Source: an uncultured bacterium (GTDB lineage Bacteria > Chloroflexota > UBA5177 > JANWHV01). Taken from it: a DNA stretch of 64,000 bases. The notes beneath the pieces were generated by a model. That model made no database searches. It was not told where the DNA came from and worked only from the letters and a program-made list of their open reading frames with translations. Positions 30,907 through 41,343 of the stretch are shown piece by piece. Within the stretch, counting starts at the first letter, position 1. Each line of letters opens with the position of its first letter. The DNA lies in assembly GCA_963729625.1 (NCBI GenBank), contig CAVSOU010000010.1, positions 256,001 through 320,000 on the forward strand. Reading direction: 5' to 3'. A program made the position numbers and the translations under genes.

Positions 30907-31824
30907 ATGGCAGTCGCAAGCATGCGCCAGCTCCTGGAGTCTGGCGTTCACTTTGGCCATCAGACCAGGCGCTGGAACCCGAAGATGCGCGAGTACATCT
31001 TCGCCGAGCGCAATGGAATCCACATCATCGACCTGCAGCAGACGGTTCACCTGCTCCAGGAGGCGTACAGTTACTCGCGAAGCCTCGCCGAACAGGGACG
31101 CACGATCTTGTTCGTCGGCACGAAGAAGCAAGCGCAGGAAGCGGTAGCCGAAGAAGCAGCACGCTGCGGCATGTTCTATGTGAATCAGCGCTGGCTTGGC
31201 GGCATGCTCACCAACTTCTCTACGATTCAGCAGCGGCTTCGCCGCATGCTTGAACTTGAGAATCAGGTCAAGAGCGGGGAATTGGCCAGGCGAACAAAGC
31301 GGGAAGGTTTGCATGTGCAGGAAGAGATAGCGAAGCTCAACCGCATACTCGGCGGCGTGAAAGGCATGCATCGACTTCCGGACGCAGTATTCATCATCGA
31401 CACGAAGAAGGAACGGCTGGCAATCCAGGAGGCGACTCGGCTGGAGATCCCGGTCATCGCGCTGCTCGACACGAATTGCGACCCGGATGAAGTCCAGTAC
31501 CCCATCCCGGCCAACGACGACGCCATACGGGCTGTCCGATTGCTCACCAGCAAGATTGCCGATGCGGTAATCGAGGGAAAGCAGGCTCGCGAATCGGCAA
31601 ATGCGGACCTGGACGTCGAGATGCCCGTAGCCGAGTCATACAGCTTCGCCCCGACGCCAGTTGCCTTTGACGCACCCGCGGCGGTCGCGGCGGCGGTAGT
31701 TGCCGAGGAATCTGAGAAGGAAGCAGCCGTGCTGATTGACGAGAGCGAGCTGAGCTTCGCTCCTCCTGCTATCGACGAGGACGTTGCCGAACCTACCGCT
31801 CCCGCGCCTGGAGACGTCCAGTAG
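30907..31824 (+). CDS. rpsB: 30S ribosomal protein S2, acidic C-terminal tail
   Basis: [32 protein letters not shown]. Confidence 0.98.
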   Translation: MAVASMRQLLESGVHFGHQTRRWNPKMREYIFAERNGIHIIDLQQTVHLLQEAYSYSRSLAEQGRTILFVGTKKQAQEAVAEEAARCGMFYVNQRWLGGMLTNFSTIQQRLRRMLELENQVKSGELARRTKREGLHVQEEIAKLNRILGGVKGMHRLPDAVFIIDTKKERLAIQEATRLEIPVIALLDTNCDPDEVQYPIPANDDAIRAVRLLTSKIADAVIEGKQARESANADLDVEMPVAESYSFAPTPVAFDAPAAVAAAVVAEESEKEAAVLIDESELSFAPPAIDEDVAEPTAPAPGDVQ

Positions 31825-31878
31825 TTTGTGCCGGCGTGCACCGTGATACCGCTCACCGTACTCGAAGGGAAAACACTG

Positions 31879-32469
31879 ATGGAGATTACTGCGCAGACAG
31901 TCAAGGAACTGCGCGACATGACCGGCGCCGGGATCATGGACTGCCGGAAAGCTTTGACTGAGGCTGGAGGCAATCTGGCCAAGGCCGAAGCCATCCTCAA
32001 GGAGAAGGGTATGCGCGGACCCAAGGATCCCACCCGCGTGACGAAGCAAGGCCTGATCGAACTGTACAAACACGCGGGCGGCCAGCTTGGCGCGATGGTC
32101 GAGCTTAACTGCGAGACGGACTTCGTCTCGAGAACGGACGATTTCCAGAAGCTCGCATACGAGGTCGCGCTCCAGGTCGCGGCCGTCGATCCAGAGTATA
32201 TCGACCGCGATTCGGTGCCTCAAGCGGCCATCGACGCGCAAAAGGCCGCGTTTGCCGAACAGCTGGCGCTCGCGGGCACGTCGCAGGAGGACTTGCCTGC
32301 CAAGCTTGAGGCGCGTCTCGCGGAGTGGCTCAAAGAAGTGGTGCTATTGGAACAGGCCTATGTTCGCGACCCGAAGCAGACCATCAATCAGCTGATACTC
32401 GGCGTGGTGGCCAAGACGCGCGAGAATATTCGCGTCGGCCGATTCGCTCGTTTCAAGGTTGGAGAGTAG
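31879..32469 (+). CDS. tsf: Elongation factor Ts (short form)
   Basis: [33 protein letters not shown]. Confidence 0.97.
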   Translation: MEITAQTVKELRDMTGAGIMDCRKALTEAGGNLAKAEAILKEKGMRGPKDPTRVTKQGLIELYKHAGGQLGAMVELNCETDFVSRTDDFQKLAYEVALQVAAVDPEYIDRDSVPQAAIDAQKAAFAEQLALAGTSQEDLPAKLEARLAEWLKEVVLLEQAYVRDPKQTINQLILGVVAKTRENIRVGRFARFKVGE

Positions 32470-32476
32470 GCGGTCC

Positions 32477-33202
32477 ATGTATCATCGCGTCCTGCTCAAA
32501 CTCAGTGGTGAAGCGCTGGTCGGACAGGTTGGCTACGGCATTGATCCTGTGGTCGTGCAGCGCATCGCACAGCAAGTGAGACGGGTTCGCGAGCTTGGTG
32601 TGGAGCTGGCTGTCGTCGTGGGAGGTGGCAACATCTTCCGCGGCCTTGCAGCCAGCACCCTCGGCATGGATCGAGCGACAGCCGACTACATGGGCATGTT
32701 GGCCACGGTGATGAACGCCCTGGCACTGAAGGATGCGCTTAGCCAGGTGGATGTCGATACGCGCGTGCAGACGGCTATTGCCATGAACGCGGTTGCAGAG
32801 CCCTATATTCGGGGGCGCGCTATTCGTCACCTGGAGAAAGGGCGCGTGGTTATTCTCGCCGCGGGTACAGGCAACCCATATTTTACTACCGACACAGCAG
32901 CAAGCCTTCGGGCCATCGAGTTGGACTGCGAAGTCCTGCTGAAGGCCACGAAGGTGGACGGTATTTACACGGCCGATCCAGCACTCGACATTACGGCGAC
33001 GCGATATGCCAAGCTCGACTACTTCACAGCTCTCGAACGTGAGCTTCAGGTCATGGACAGCACCGCGTTCGCGCTCTGCAAAGATAATAAGCTGCCGATC
33101 ATCGTGTTTAACCTCGCTGGACCGGATAACATCGAGCGCGCCGTCCGAGGTCTTGAAGTTGGGACCCTCGTGAGTGCGGGTGAACGACAGGGGAACGCCT
33201 GA
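32477..33202 (+). CDS. pyrH: UMP kinase
   Basis: [24 protein letters not shown]. Confidence 0.97.
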   Translation: MYHRVLLKLSGEALVGQVGYGIDPVVVQRIAQQVRRVRELGVELAVVVGGGNIFRGLAASTLGMDRATADYMGMLATVMNALALKDALSQVDVDTRVQTAIAMNAVAEPYIRGRAIRHLEKGRVVILAAGTGNPYFTTDTAASLRAIELDCEVLLKATKVDGIYTADPALDITATRYAKLDYFTALERELQVMDSTAFALCKDNKLPIIVFNLAGPDNIERAVRGLEVGTLVSAGERQGNA

Positions 33203-33387
33203 GGACTGCCACGCGGGACTTCCCCTGGCCGTAACCCGAAGCCCTCCGACGCAAGTCGACAACGACCGATCGCGGGCGCGCCGCGGCGGTCTACAATGGG
33301 ATCGCCCCCTGTCGGCACGGAGAGCAGCGCGGACCGCGGCAGCAACGGTACACTAGGGATTGTGCGGTTCAGTAGAGGAGCAGATCG

Positions 33388-33945
33388 GTGATTCAGGAAC
33401 TGCTTGACGAAGGCGAACGCCGTATGCGCAGGGCGATCGAGGTGTTAATCGAAGACTTCGCCACGGTGCGCACGGGTCGTGCGTCGACGTCGCTGCTCGA
33501 CAGTGTCCAGGTGATGTACTACGGTTCTCCGACTCCGCTGAATCAGCTCGCTTCGGTTACGGTCGGCGACGCGCGCACGCTGCTCATTACTGCGTATGAT
33601 CGGTCCGTGCTGCCTGAAATCGACAAGGCGATCCGCAAGGCCGATCTTGGCTTCAACCCGTCCAGCGATGGCACGTTGATGCGCGTTATCGTGCCTTCCT
33701 TGACCGAGGAGCGCCGTCGCGAGATGGTCAAGGTCGTGCACAAGAAACTGGAAGAGCACAAAGTTGCGGTACGCAATGTCCGACGTGAAGTCCACGATAA
33801 GCTCAAGGCGCTTGAGAAGGACAAGTCCGCTTCGGCCGACGACGTACGGCGTGCCGCAGAACGGCTTCAGAAGATCACAGACCATGCAGTGGCCGAAATG
33901 GATCAACTGGGCGCGCACAAAGAGGCAGATGTGCTGGCTGTCTGA
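33388..33945 (+). CDS. frr: Ribosome recycling factor
   Basis: VRTGRAS, PLNQLA, LTEERR, AVRNVRR. Confidence 0.97.
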   Translation: MIQELLDEGERRMRRAIEVLIEDFATVRTGRASTSLLDSVQVMYYGSPTPLNQLASVTVGDARTLLITAYDRSVLPEIDKAIRKADLGFNPSSDGTLMRVIVPSLTEERRREMVKVVHKKLEEHKVAVRNVRREVHDKLKALEKDKSASADDVRRAAERLQKITDHAVAEMDQLGAHKEADVLAV

Positions 33946-34081
33946 GTTGGCGCGAGCGATGGCCGACGCCGGTCTGCGCCAGATGCCGATCGCTGGTTCG
34001 CGTTGGCGGGCGACGAACCGGACGACTGTAACGCCGCGGCCAGTCCGTCACGCGGGTTGATGCCGAGATGGGATCCAGTGG

Positions 34082-34894
34082 ATGGCAACAGGCGAGGAAA
34101 CGGCAGTGACTGCTACCGACGCCTCGCCTGGAGTCGACCAATCGGGCGCCCGCCGGTGGGCGGACTCGCCGACCGACGCGCCCGAGTCGGCTGATTCTCG
34201 CCAACTGACTCACATACCCCAGCATGTCGCGATCATCATGGACGGAAACGGTCGCTGGGCGCAGTCGCGGAACCTGCCGCGACTGGAAGGCCACCGGGCG
34301 GGCATGGACAACCTCCACAGGATCGTCCCGTGTGCAATCGACCTGGGAATCAGGGTACTCACAATCTACGCGTTCTCGACGGAGAACTGGGGGCGACCCC
34401 GTGATGAAGTGAGTGGGCTGATGCGACTGTTCGCGCTGGCCAGTCGGCGTGACGCGCAGCGATTGCATCGCAATGGAGTGCGCGTACTCCATGTGGGATC
34501 CTTCGACGGCGTGAGCAAATCTCTGGAGAAAGCGATACGCGGCGCCGTCGAGCTCACCAGGAGCAATACGCGTCTCACGCTCAACGTCGCCTTCAACTAT
34601 GGAGGCAGAGCAGAAATCGTGCACGCCGTGCAAGAGCTGATCCGGGCGGGGGCAGGACCCGAGCAAGTAACCGAGGATGCTATCTCCGGGCGCCTGTACA
34701 CGGCAGGGCTACCGGATCCGGATATGATCATCAGGACCGCGGGAGAGATGAGGCTTTCCAACTTCCTGCTGTGGCAGTCTGCCTACAGCGAGTACTACTC
34801 CAGCCCAAAGTACTGGCCCGAGTTTGGCCCCGAAGAGCTCAATGCCGCCATCGAGACATTTGCCGGGCGCAAACGCAAGTATGGCCGGTTGTAG
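34082..34894 (+). CDS. uppS: Polyprenyl diphosphate synthase
   Basis: IIMDGNGRWA, FSTENW, RTAGEMRLSNFLLWQ. Confidence 0.96.
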   Translation: MATGEETAVTATDASPGVDQSGARRWADSPTDAPESADSRQLTHIPQHVAIIMDGNGRWAQSRNLPRLEGHRAGMDNLHRIVPCAIDLGIRVLTIYAFSTENWGRPRDEVSGLMRLFALASRRDAQRLHRNGVRVLHVGSFDGVSKSLEKAIRGAVELTRSNTRLTLNVAFNYGGRAEIVHAVQELIRAGAGPEQVTEDAISGRLYTAGLPDPDMIIRTAGEMRLSNFLLWQSAYSEYYSSPKYWPEFGPEELNAAIETFAGRKRKYGRL

Positions 34895-34900
34895 GCCCTC

Positions 34901-35710
34901 ATGATGCGTCGTGTCCTGAGCGCCTCCGTGCTCGCACCGATCGCGGTTGCACTTGTCGTACTCGGCGGGTTTCCTTTTCTGGTAGGCGTGCTCGCCATGT
35001 GTTTGATCGCGCTCTGGGAGCTGACCGGATTGCTCTCAGCCGCCGCGGCAAGCGCGCTAGCAAACAGGGCCTGGCGCTATGTGACGCTGGCAGCGGGAGG
35101 CGCGGTGCTTGCCGGCGTCTACTATGACCATTTCCGCAGCGGCACTGCTCAGGTTGCCGCCGCAACCCTGCTTATCGGCAGCCTTGCCACGCTCGTGTTC
35201 GGCGGTGCACCGGCCAAGCGCGTTCTGGCATGGGCAGCCGGCGCGGCAAGCATCGTCTACATCTGCGGTCTCGGATTGCACTTCATCCTGCTTCGCGAGA
35301 CGACTCGGGGCCTGACGTGGACATTGCTCGCCTGCCTCATCACCTGGTGCACCGATATCGGCGGCCTCTTCTGCGGCAAATACTTCGGCACTCACCCGTT
35401 CTTCCCGTCCATCAGCCCAAAGAAGACAATCGAGGGCGCCATAGGCGGCCTGCTCGCCGCGATGATCGTCGCGGTGCCCGTCCTGGCGCTTGGTGACCTG
35501 CACGTGCGGTTGGCGCTGGCTCCGCTCATTGGAGTGTCGGTCGGCGCCTTTGCTCAGGTTGGAGATCTGGTGGAGTCGCTTGTCAAACGCGAGGCAGGCG
35601 CTAAGGACTCGGGCACTATCATACCCGGCCACGGTGGGATGCTCGATCGCATAGATAGCCTCCTGTTTGCCATCGCCGTGACATACTACTGGAGACTGCT
35701 CTTCCCGTGA
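34901..35710 (+). CDS. cdsA: Phosphatidate cytidylyltransferase
   Basis: SPKKTIEG, GDLVES, KDSGTIIPGHGGMLDRIDS. Confidence 0.96.
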   Translation: MMRRVLSASVLAPIAVALVVLGGFPFLVGVLAMCLIALWELTGLLSAAAASALANRAWRYVTLAAGGAVLAGVYYDHFRSGTAQVAAATLLIGSLATLVFGGAPAKRVLAWAAGAASIVYICGLGLHFILLRETTRGLTWTLLACLITWCTDIGGLFCGKYFGTHPFFPSISPKKTIEGAIGGLLAAMIVAVPVLALGDLHVRLALAPLIGVSVGAFAQVGDLVESLVKREAGAKDSGTIIPGHGGMLDRIDSLLFAIAVTYYWRLLFP

Positions 35711-36852
35711 AGCGCATCGTGATTCTCGGCAGCACCGGCTCGATAGGCGTGCAGACGCTCGATGTCGTTCGCAGGTTCCCGGATCGTCTGCAGGTCATTG
35801 GCATTGCCGCGCGCAGGCACGAGCTGCTGGCGCAACAGGTCCGTGAATTCTCTGTCCCTGTCGTGAGTGCGGGCATTGAAGCGCACCAGGCAGAGTTCCC
35901 GCCCGGCACGGCAATCCTGCATGACGTACGTGCCCTCGAGACTCTTGCTACCCTGCCCGATGCGGACGTCATCGTGGTCGCCACCGTCGGCCGCGCCGGA
36001 CTCCTGGCTACGATTGCCGCACTGCGGGCGGGAAAGCGAGTCGCGCTGGCCAATAAGGAAGTGCTGGTCATGGCAGGTGAGCTTGTGCAGCGCACCGCCC
36101 GCGAGCACGGGGGGATGCTGCTGCCGGTGGATAGCGAGCACAGCGCGATCTGGCAATGCCTGCTTGGCGAGGATTACACGACGATCGAGCAGATCATTCT
36201 CACAGCCTCCGGTGGCGCCCTTCGCGACGTTCCAATCGACGCGTTGGGTTCAGTTTCTCCTGAAGACGCGTTGCGGCACCCGACGTGGAAGATGGGCAAG
36301 AAGGTCACCATCGACTCAGCGACCCTGATGAACAAGGGCCTGGAAGTAATCGAAGCGCACTGGCTTTTCGATTGTGCCTACAAGCGCATTCGCATCGCGC
36401 TTCATCCCACGAGCGCGGTTCATTCTTTGGTGCAGTTCACCGACGGATCTGTTAAGGCTCAGCTTGGCCGAACCGATATGCGGGTGCCGATCCAGTTTGC
36501 GCTCAGTTACCCGGAGCGGTGGCCGTATCCTGAGATGAGACTCGACATAACGTCGATTGGCCCGCTGCAATTCATGGAGCCGGAGTGGGAGAGATATCCA
36601 TGTCTGCGTCTCGCGATAGAAGCGGGGCGACGCGGCGGAACCTATCCTGCCGCACTGTGCGCCGCCGACGAGGTTGCGGTAGACCTTTTCATCGCCGGCA
36701 CCATACCGCTCACCGCCATTGCTTCGCTTGTCGAAGAGGTCCTGGACGCGCACGTCAGCATCGCCGCGCCTTCACTCGACGACGTGCTTGCAGCCGACGA
36801 ATGGGCACGCGCCCGGTGTCGGACGCTCTTCACGGCCATGACCTGGCAGTAG
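35707..36852 (+). CDS. dxr: 1-deoxy-D-xylulose 5-phosphate reductoisomerase
   Basis: LGSTGSIG, LANKE, PVDSEH, HPTWKMG, NKGLE. Confidence 0.97.
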   Translation: MKRIVILGSTGSIGVQTLDVVRRFPDRLQVIGIAARRHELLAQQVREFSVPVVSAGIEAHQAEFPPGTAILHDVRALETLATLPDADVIVVATVGRAGLLATIAALRAGKRVALANKEVLVMAGELVQRTAREHGGMLLPVDSEHSAIWQCLLGEDYTTIEQIILTASGGALRDVPIDALGSVSPEDALRHPTWKMGKKVTIDSATLMNKGLEVIEAHWLFDCAYKRIRIALHPTSAVHSLVQFTDGSVKAQLGRTDMRVPIQFALSYPERWPYPEMRLDITSIGPLQFMEPEWERYPCLRLAIEAGRRGGTYPAALCAADEVAVDLFIAGTIPLTAIASLVEEVLDAHVSIAAPSLDDVLAADEWARARCRTLFTAMTWQ

Positions 36853-36858
36853 GCGACG

Positions 36859-37899
36859 ATGACCGCGTTCGTCGACATCGCCTCCTTCGTCGTCCTGCTG
36901 TTCGTGCTGGTGGGCGTCCATGAGCTCGGTCACTTCAGCGCTGCCAAGTTGTTTGGCATCCGGGTGGAGGAGTTCGGTTTTGGCTTTCCGCCGCGCGTCT
37001 GGGGCAGGCGGCGCGGGGAGACGCTCTACAGCATCAACGCGATCCCGTTGGGTGGATTTGTCCGGCTTGCCGGCGAGAACGGGGACGTACAAGGACCCTG
37101 GAGCTTCGCAGCCAAGCCGGCGTGGCAGCGATCGATCGTCCTCGCCGCCGGTGCAGTGATGAACCTGCTGCTGGCCTTCGTGCTGTTCTTCCTCGTGTAC
37201 ACGGTGGCGCCGATACCGTTCGACCAGCCGCGCGTGACGTCCGTGCAGCCGCATTCGCCGGCCGCCGTGGCACTGCGGCGCGGCGATCTGATAACGGCAG
37301 TCAATGGCACCGGAGTTACCACTCAGAGCGATGTCCAGGACCAGGTTGCGTGCTCCGCGGGCAGGCCCACCGTGCTCTCGATCGACCGCGAGGGGCGGCG
37401 CATCCAGGTGACCGTCGTGCCGAGGGTCAACCCGCCTCCCGGACAAGGCAGGGTCGGCTTCTGGGGGACAATCGCGTGGACGGGCACCGACGGATGGAGC
37501 GCGCTCCGCAACACGCTCGGCCAGCCGGGCGTCTTCGTGAGCAACGTCGCCGGCCTGTTTGCCGCGCACAGGTGCAACCCGCAGGATAGTGGCGTGACAG
37601 GCCCGGTGGGCATTGCGCGCGCCACCGGCGATGCCACCAACGCAGTCACCGATCTCGGCGCCGGGCCAGTGCTCTATCTCGCAGCCGTCGTCAGCATGAA
37701 CCTGGCCTTTGTCAACATCCTGCCGCTTCCGGCGCTGGACGGAGGCCGCCTCGTCTTCGTGTGGATCGGCGTCGCTCGCAGGCGCCGCATCAATCCAAAG
37801 GTCGAAGCGATCGTCCACCTGGTCGGCTTCGCGCTGCTCCTGCTTCTGGTGCTGATCGTCAGCTTCCACGATATCAGCATCTGGCTGGGCGGCAAGTAG
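36859..37899 (+). CDS. rseP: RIP metalloprotease RseP (M50, one PDZ)
   Basis: HELGH, PLGGFV, NILPLPALDGG. Confidence 0.93.
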   Translation: MTAFVDIASFVVLLFVLVGVHELGHFSAAKLFGIRVEEFGFGFPPRVWGRRRGETLYSINAIPLGGFVRLAGENGDVQGPWSFAAKPAWQRSIVLAAGAVMNLLLAFVLFFLVYTVAPIPFDQPRVTSVQPHSPAAVALRRGDLITAVNGTGVTTQSDVQDQVACSAGRPTVLSIDREGRRIQVTVVPRVNPPPGQGRVGFWGTIAWTGTDGWSALRNTLGQPGVFVSNVAGLFAAHRCNPQDSGVTGPVGIARATGDATNAVTDLGAGPVLYLAAVVSMNLAFVNILPLPALDGGRLVFVWIGVARRRRINPKVEAIVHLVGFALLLLLVLIVSFHDISIWLGGK

Positions 37900-37914
37900 C
37901 GCCCGGCACGGTAG

Positions 37915-37942
37915 ACTTCACATAACCTAGATTATCGGAAGT
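37915..37942 (-). other. dif: dif (XerC/D chromosome dimer resolution) site
   Basis: Minus strand ACTTCCGATAA-TCTAGG-TTATGTGAAGT, an 11-6-11 inverted arrangement resembling known dif arms (TTATGTnAAnT); intergenic. Confidence 0.85.
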
Positions 37943-38040
37943 TGCGTCGGGAACCGTTCCGTGACTGCCGCTTCTATTCGGACAACATTATCGGAAGTTG
38001 CACCGGGACCCGGCTTCGTGAGTAGAACGGCTATTCGGAA
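37931..38040. repeat. Imperfect ~56-bp tandem duplication including one dif arm
   Basis: ATTATCGGAAGTTGC at 37931 and 37987; CGGGA.CCG..T.CGTGA and CTATTCGGA (37974, 38031) also repeated. Confidence 0.8.
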
Positions 38041-38584
38041 GCGCCAAACGCGATGACGTTGAGCGTGACCTCAGAGGCAAGGTGGCCGACATGATTCACC
38101 AGTATCTCGGCCTGCCAGGAGCCTGCCTGCCGGGTCACCGTTACGGCTACCGTCGGCTCCGCCCGCTCTCCGGCGCCATGGTAGTTGTCAGAGGCTGACG
38201 CCAGCACCGCGGGCGGTTCCTCGCCGCAGAAGCTTCCATCCATGTCCCACGCGTATCGGGCCCAGTGGTAACCGTCGCCGCGCTGGGGTACGACGGTCAC
38301 GCGCGTCGAGACCAGCGTCGGAGACGCTATCCGGCGAGCGCGAACGACCCCCGACGCCGATGCGGCTCGCGCCGCTCCCGTCGCGGCGGGCGCGAGGAGG
38401 CCGGTCCCTGCGAGCGCGCCGAGCAGACCGGCGCCCCTACCAGCAGGCCACGGCGACTGCGTACTCTTCTGGCATCCGGCACTGTCGGTCTGGACTCCCA
38501 TGCCCCGCGCAGGCGCGCGTTCTCAGATTCCAGGATGGCCACGCGCTCGGCGAGCGCCGCGACAGTCTGCTCCAGCTCGGTCAT
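38031..38584 (-). pseudogene. Frameshifted gene for a protein with a coiled coil, a twin-arginine-like signal and a small beta domain
   Basis: AAGGAG RBS, MTELEQTVAALAERVAILESENARL...SRRGLLVG; one extra G in the G4 tract (38434-38437) joins it to GAGLLGALAG...VTLNVIAFGASE. Confidence 0.7.
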
Positions 38585-38929
38585 CTGGCGCTCCTTCTGA
38601 ACTTGCCGGCCGAGAGCCTGCCAGACCTTATCGGACCTGGCAAATAGACGACCGAGTTGATCGTGTGGCCCTCCATCGCAGCCTTGAAGCCGGCCTCCCA
38701 AGCCACCTGCGCCTACGCTCTCTGGCTGGAAATGAAGGACTAACTTGCACCGCATTCGCCGTACAGTCTCGATTATTTGCCTAGTATAGGTCCGCGGCCG
38801 AATCGCCGCCATTGGTAGCCGCACCACTGGGCAACGGCTCGCCGCTTGTATGCCGTCCATCTGAAACGTATACTTGATGGCGATTCACACTGATGGTGGC
38901 TTGTACGTAGCAGCGTTTGGAGCAGCTAC

Positions 38930-39421
38930 ATGCAACGGGGCGCGCTTCAAGGCTATCAGCAAATGCTGGGCGCGATTGGCAGGTATCTCGATCAGCACGC
39001 CTTCGAGGACATTCTGTTGTGTGAACTCGGGGATGGCTTCGTCGGCAGAGTGCTGCAGGAGGGGAGGCTGGTCGCTGCGATACCGTTTCAGGCGAGCGAC
39101 CTGGCAGGCATGGTTCGTGCCGCCGCGGAGGATGGTTTGCGATCGAAGAGCAGTCCTCCAGTTGCTCCGACGCAGAACGGATCGTATATTCGACGCACGC
39201 TTGGCAGCTATCGCGATTTCCTGACCGCGCTCGGCCATCAGCTTGATCGGGTCGAGGCCGCGTCGATCATCGTTGCTGAGCTCGCGGACACCGTACTCGT
39301 CGTGTACAGGCGCCCCGTCGGGCCATATGACTCCGGGTCGGCCGCGGCGTGCGAGTACCTCTATGACGGCGACGGTATTCGCAAGTTGATGGCTGCCAGC
39401 GCGTCAAGCCTCCGGCCGTGA
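38930..39421 (+). CDS. Hypothetical protein with an internal two-fold repeat
   Basis: GGAG RBS; YQQMLGAIGRYLD...ILLCELGD versus YRDFLTALGHQLD...IIVAELAD. Confidence 0.75.
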   Translation: MQRGALQGYQQMLGAIGRYLDQHAFEDILLCELGDGFVGRVLQEGRLVAAIPFQASDLAGMVRAAAEDGLRSKSSPPVAPTQNGSYIRRTLGSYRDFLTALGHQLDRVEAASIIVAELADTVLVVYRRPVGPYDSGSAAACEYLYDGDGIRKLMAASASSLRP

Positions 39422-39457
39422 GGCCACGTCTCCTGTCACATTGAGGGCCGCGCGCCA

Positions 39458-39485
39458 TTGACAGGGCCCGGCTCCGGGTTATGAT
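39458..39485 (+). promoter_or_regulatory. Sigma70-type promoter of the aminotransferase
   Basis: TTGACA-N16-TATGAT. Confidence 0.75.
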
Positions 39486-39508
39486 CAGTGCGGGAGGCAC
39501 AATTCGGC

Positions 39509-40699
39509 ATGAAGATCAGCGCACGGCTCGCGGCGATCGCGCCGTCAGCCACGATGGCGATCGACACTCGCCAAAGGGCTATGAAGCGCGAGGGTCACCC
39601 TGTCATCTCGTTCGGCGCCGGCGAGCCAGACTTCCCGACGCCCGCGGCGACCGCGGCAGCAGGGATATCGGCCATCGAAGCGGGCTACACCAAGTACACC
39701 GCCGTGAGCGGTATCCCTGAGCTGCGCGAGGCAATCGCCGCGCGGCTCAGGGCCGAGCAAGGACTGCAATACAGCGCGCAGCAGATAACGATCACGACCG
39801 GAGCGAAAGCCGCGCTGTTTCACGCCTTTCAAGCGTTGATAGATCCCGGTGACGAAGTTGTCATTCCCGCTCCGTATTGGGTGAGCTATGAGGCGCAGGT
39901 ACTGCTCGCGGGTGGACTTCCTGTTATCGTGCCAACCGCCGAGCAAAACAGCTTCAAGCTCGATCCAGACTCACTCCGGAGGAGCCTGTCGGCCAAGACT
40001 CGCCTCCTCGTCCTCAATTCTCCGTGCAACCCGACCGGTTCCGTCTACTCGGCGAATGAACTTCGGGCGCTCGGAGCCGTGTTGTTCGATAGCGAAATCG
40101 GTGTGGTGAGCGACGAGATTTACCAGCGCATTAGTTACGATGGGCCAAGCGCGAGCTTCGCTTCCTGCGTGCCTGAGCTGGCAGACCGCACGATTCTGAT
40201 AAATGGGGCTTCAAAGTCATACAGTATGACGGGCTGGAGAATAGGTTTCGCAGCTGGACCAACGGACATTATCGAAGCCATGAACAGCATTCAGAGTCAC
40301 AGCACGTCCAATGCAAGTACGGTCTCCCAGTACGCGGCGCTCGAGGCTTTCAGTGGCCCGCAGACGGAAGTTGCCAGGATGTGCGAGGCGTTCAAGGAAC
40401 GCCGCGACATGATGGTGGGCTTGCTCAACGATATTCCGGGATTTCGCTGCTCCCTCCCATCTGGGGCGTTCTATGCGTTTCCCAATGTCGCAGGAGTGCT
40501 CGGCCGGACTTACGGATCGAGTGTGGTCGATACGTCGATGGAACTGGCGGCATATCTGCTTGAGCGTGTCTATGTCGCCACAGTGCCGGGCGAGGCCTTT
40601 GGCGCGCCAGGCTATCTTCGGCTCTCGTATGCATGCGGCACACCCGCGATTCAGGAGGGCATCGGCAGAATTCATCAGACATTGGCCGGCGCGCTCTAG
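39509..40699 (+). CDS. PLP-dependent class I aminotransferase (aspartate aminotransferase-like)
   Basis: GAGEPDF, NSPCNPTG, SDEIY, SKSYSMTGWRIG. Confidence 0.94.
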   Translation: MKISARLAAIAPSATMAIDTRQRAMKREGHPVISFGAGEPDFPTPAATAAAGISAIEAGYTKYTAVSGIPELREAIAARLRAEQGLQYSAQQITITTGAKAALFHAFQALIDPGDEVVIPAPYWVSYEAQVLLAGGLPVIVPTAEQNSFKLDPDSLRRSLSAKTRLLVLNSPCNPTGSVYSANELRALGAVLFDSEIGVVSDEIYQRISYDGPSASFASCVPELADRTILINGASKSYSMTGWRIGFAAGPTDIIEAMNSIQSHSTSNASTVSQYAALEAFSGPQTEVARMCEAFKERRDMMVGLLNDIPGFRCSLPSGAFYAFPNVAGVLGRTYGSSVVDTSMELAAYLLERVYVATVPGEAFGAPGYLRLSYACGTPAIQEGIGRIHQTLAGAL

Positions 40700-40829
40700 C
40701 GCTCCGGACGGCGTCATGCTTGCAGTCGCGTTGGCTGCAAGTTCGGCACAGGTCTGCATCGGAGAGTCCGGCCGGGCACTATACACAGTGGCTGACTAGG
40801 CGAAAGCTGTCAAGGGAGGGCAGAGTATC

Positions 40830-41312
40830 GTGCCCTGGTTCGTGTGGCTTGTCATAGCGGTGATAGCGCTGGCGGGAGAAACCGTAAGCACGGCCTTCGC
40901 GCTCGTCTACGTGGGGGTTGCGGCCGCAGTGACGGCAGTGTTGGCTGCGCTCGGACTGCCGTTTATTCTGCAGATCGGCGTGTTCATTCCGCTCACAATC
41001 GCACTTCTCACTCTTGTGCGCCCAAAGAGTCTCGAATTGCTTCACGGTCATGCGCCGCATCGCCAGCTCACGACACAATCCGCGATGGTTCACCGCATGG
41101 CGGTGGTTGAACAGGAGGTTTCCGACACTGGCGGAATGGTGCGTATTGGCAGCGGGGAATTCTGGAGTGCGAGGGTATACCCGCCCGGATCGTCAATCCC
41201 GGCGGGGTCGAACGTACGTATCATGTTTGTAGATGGGCTCACGGTTCATGTGAGTCTGCCAAAGGCAGACGCGGATGGCCGCGACTCGAGCGAAGGCTTG
41301 GAAGAGCTGTGA
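40830..41312 (+). CDS. NfeD family membrane protein (short, OB-fold)
   Basis: N-terminal TM helices, GMVRIGSGEFWSA, VDGLTVHV; precedes an SPFH gene. Confidence 0.88.
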   Translation: MPWFVWLVIAVIALAGETVSTAFALVYVGVAAAVTAVLAALGLPFILQIGVFIPLTIALLTLVRPKSLELLHGHAPHRQLTTQSAMVHRMAVVEQEVSDTGGMVRIGSGEFWSARVYPPGSSIPAGSNVRIMFVDGLTVHVSLPKADADGRDSSEGLEEL

Positions 41313-41343
41313 GCGCGGACAACTGAAGAAGGGAGTTATGCCG

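Noticed and set aside
31600-32469. Acidic S2 tail and short EF-Ts as novelties
   Set aside because: Both are well-known lineage variants.
37915-38040. CRISPR array
   Set aside because: Only two imperfect units, the intervening sequences are homologous, and there are no cas genes; explained better as dif plus a duplication.
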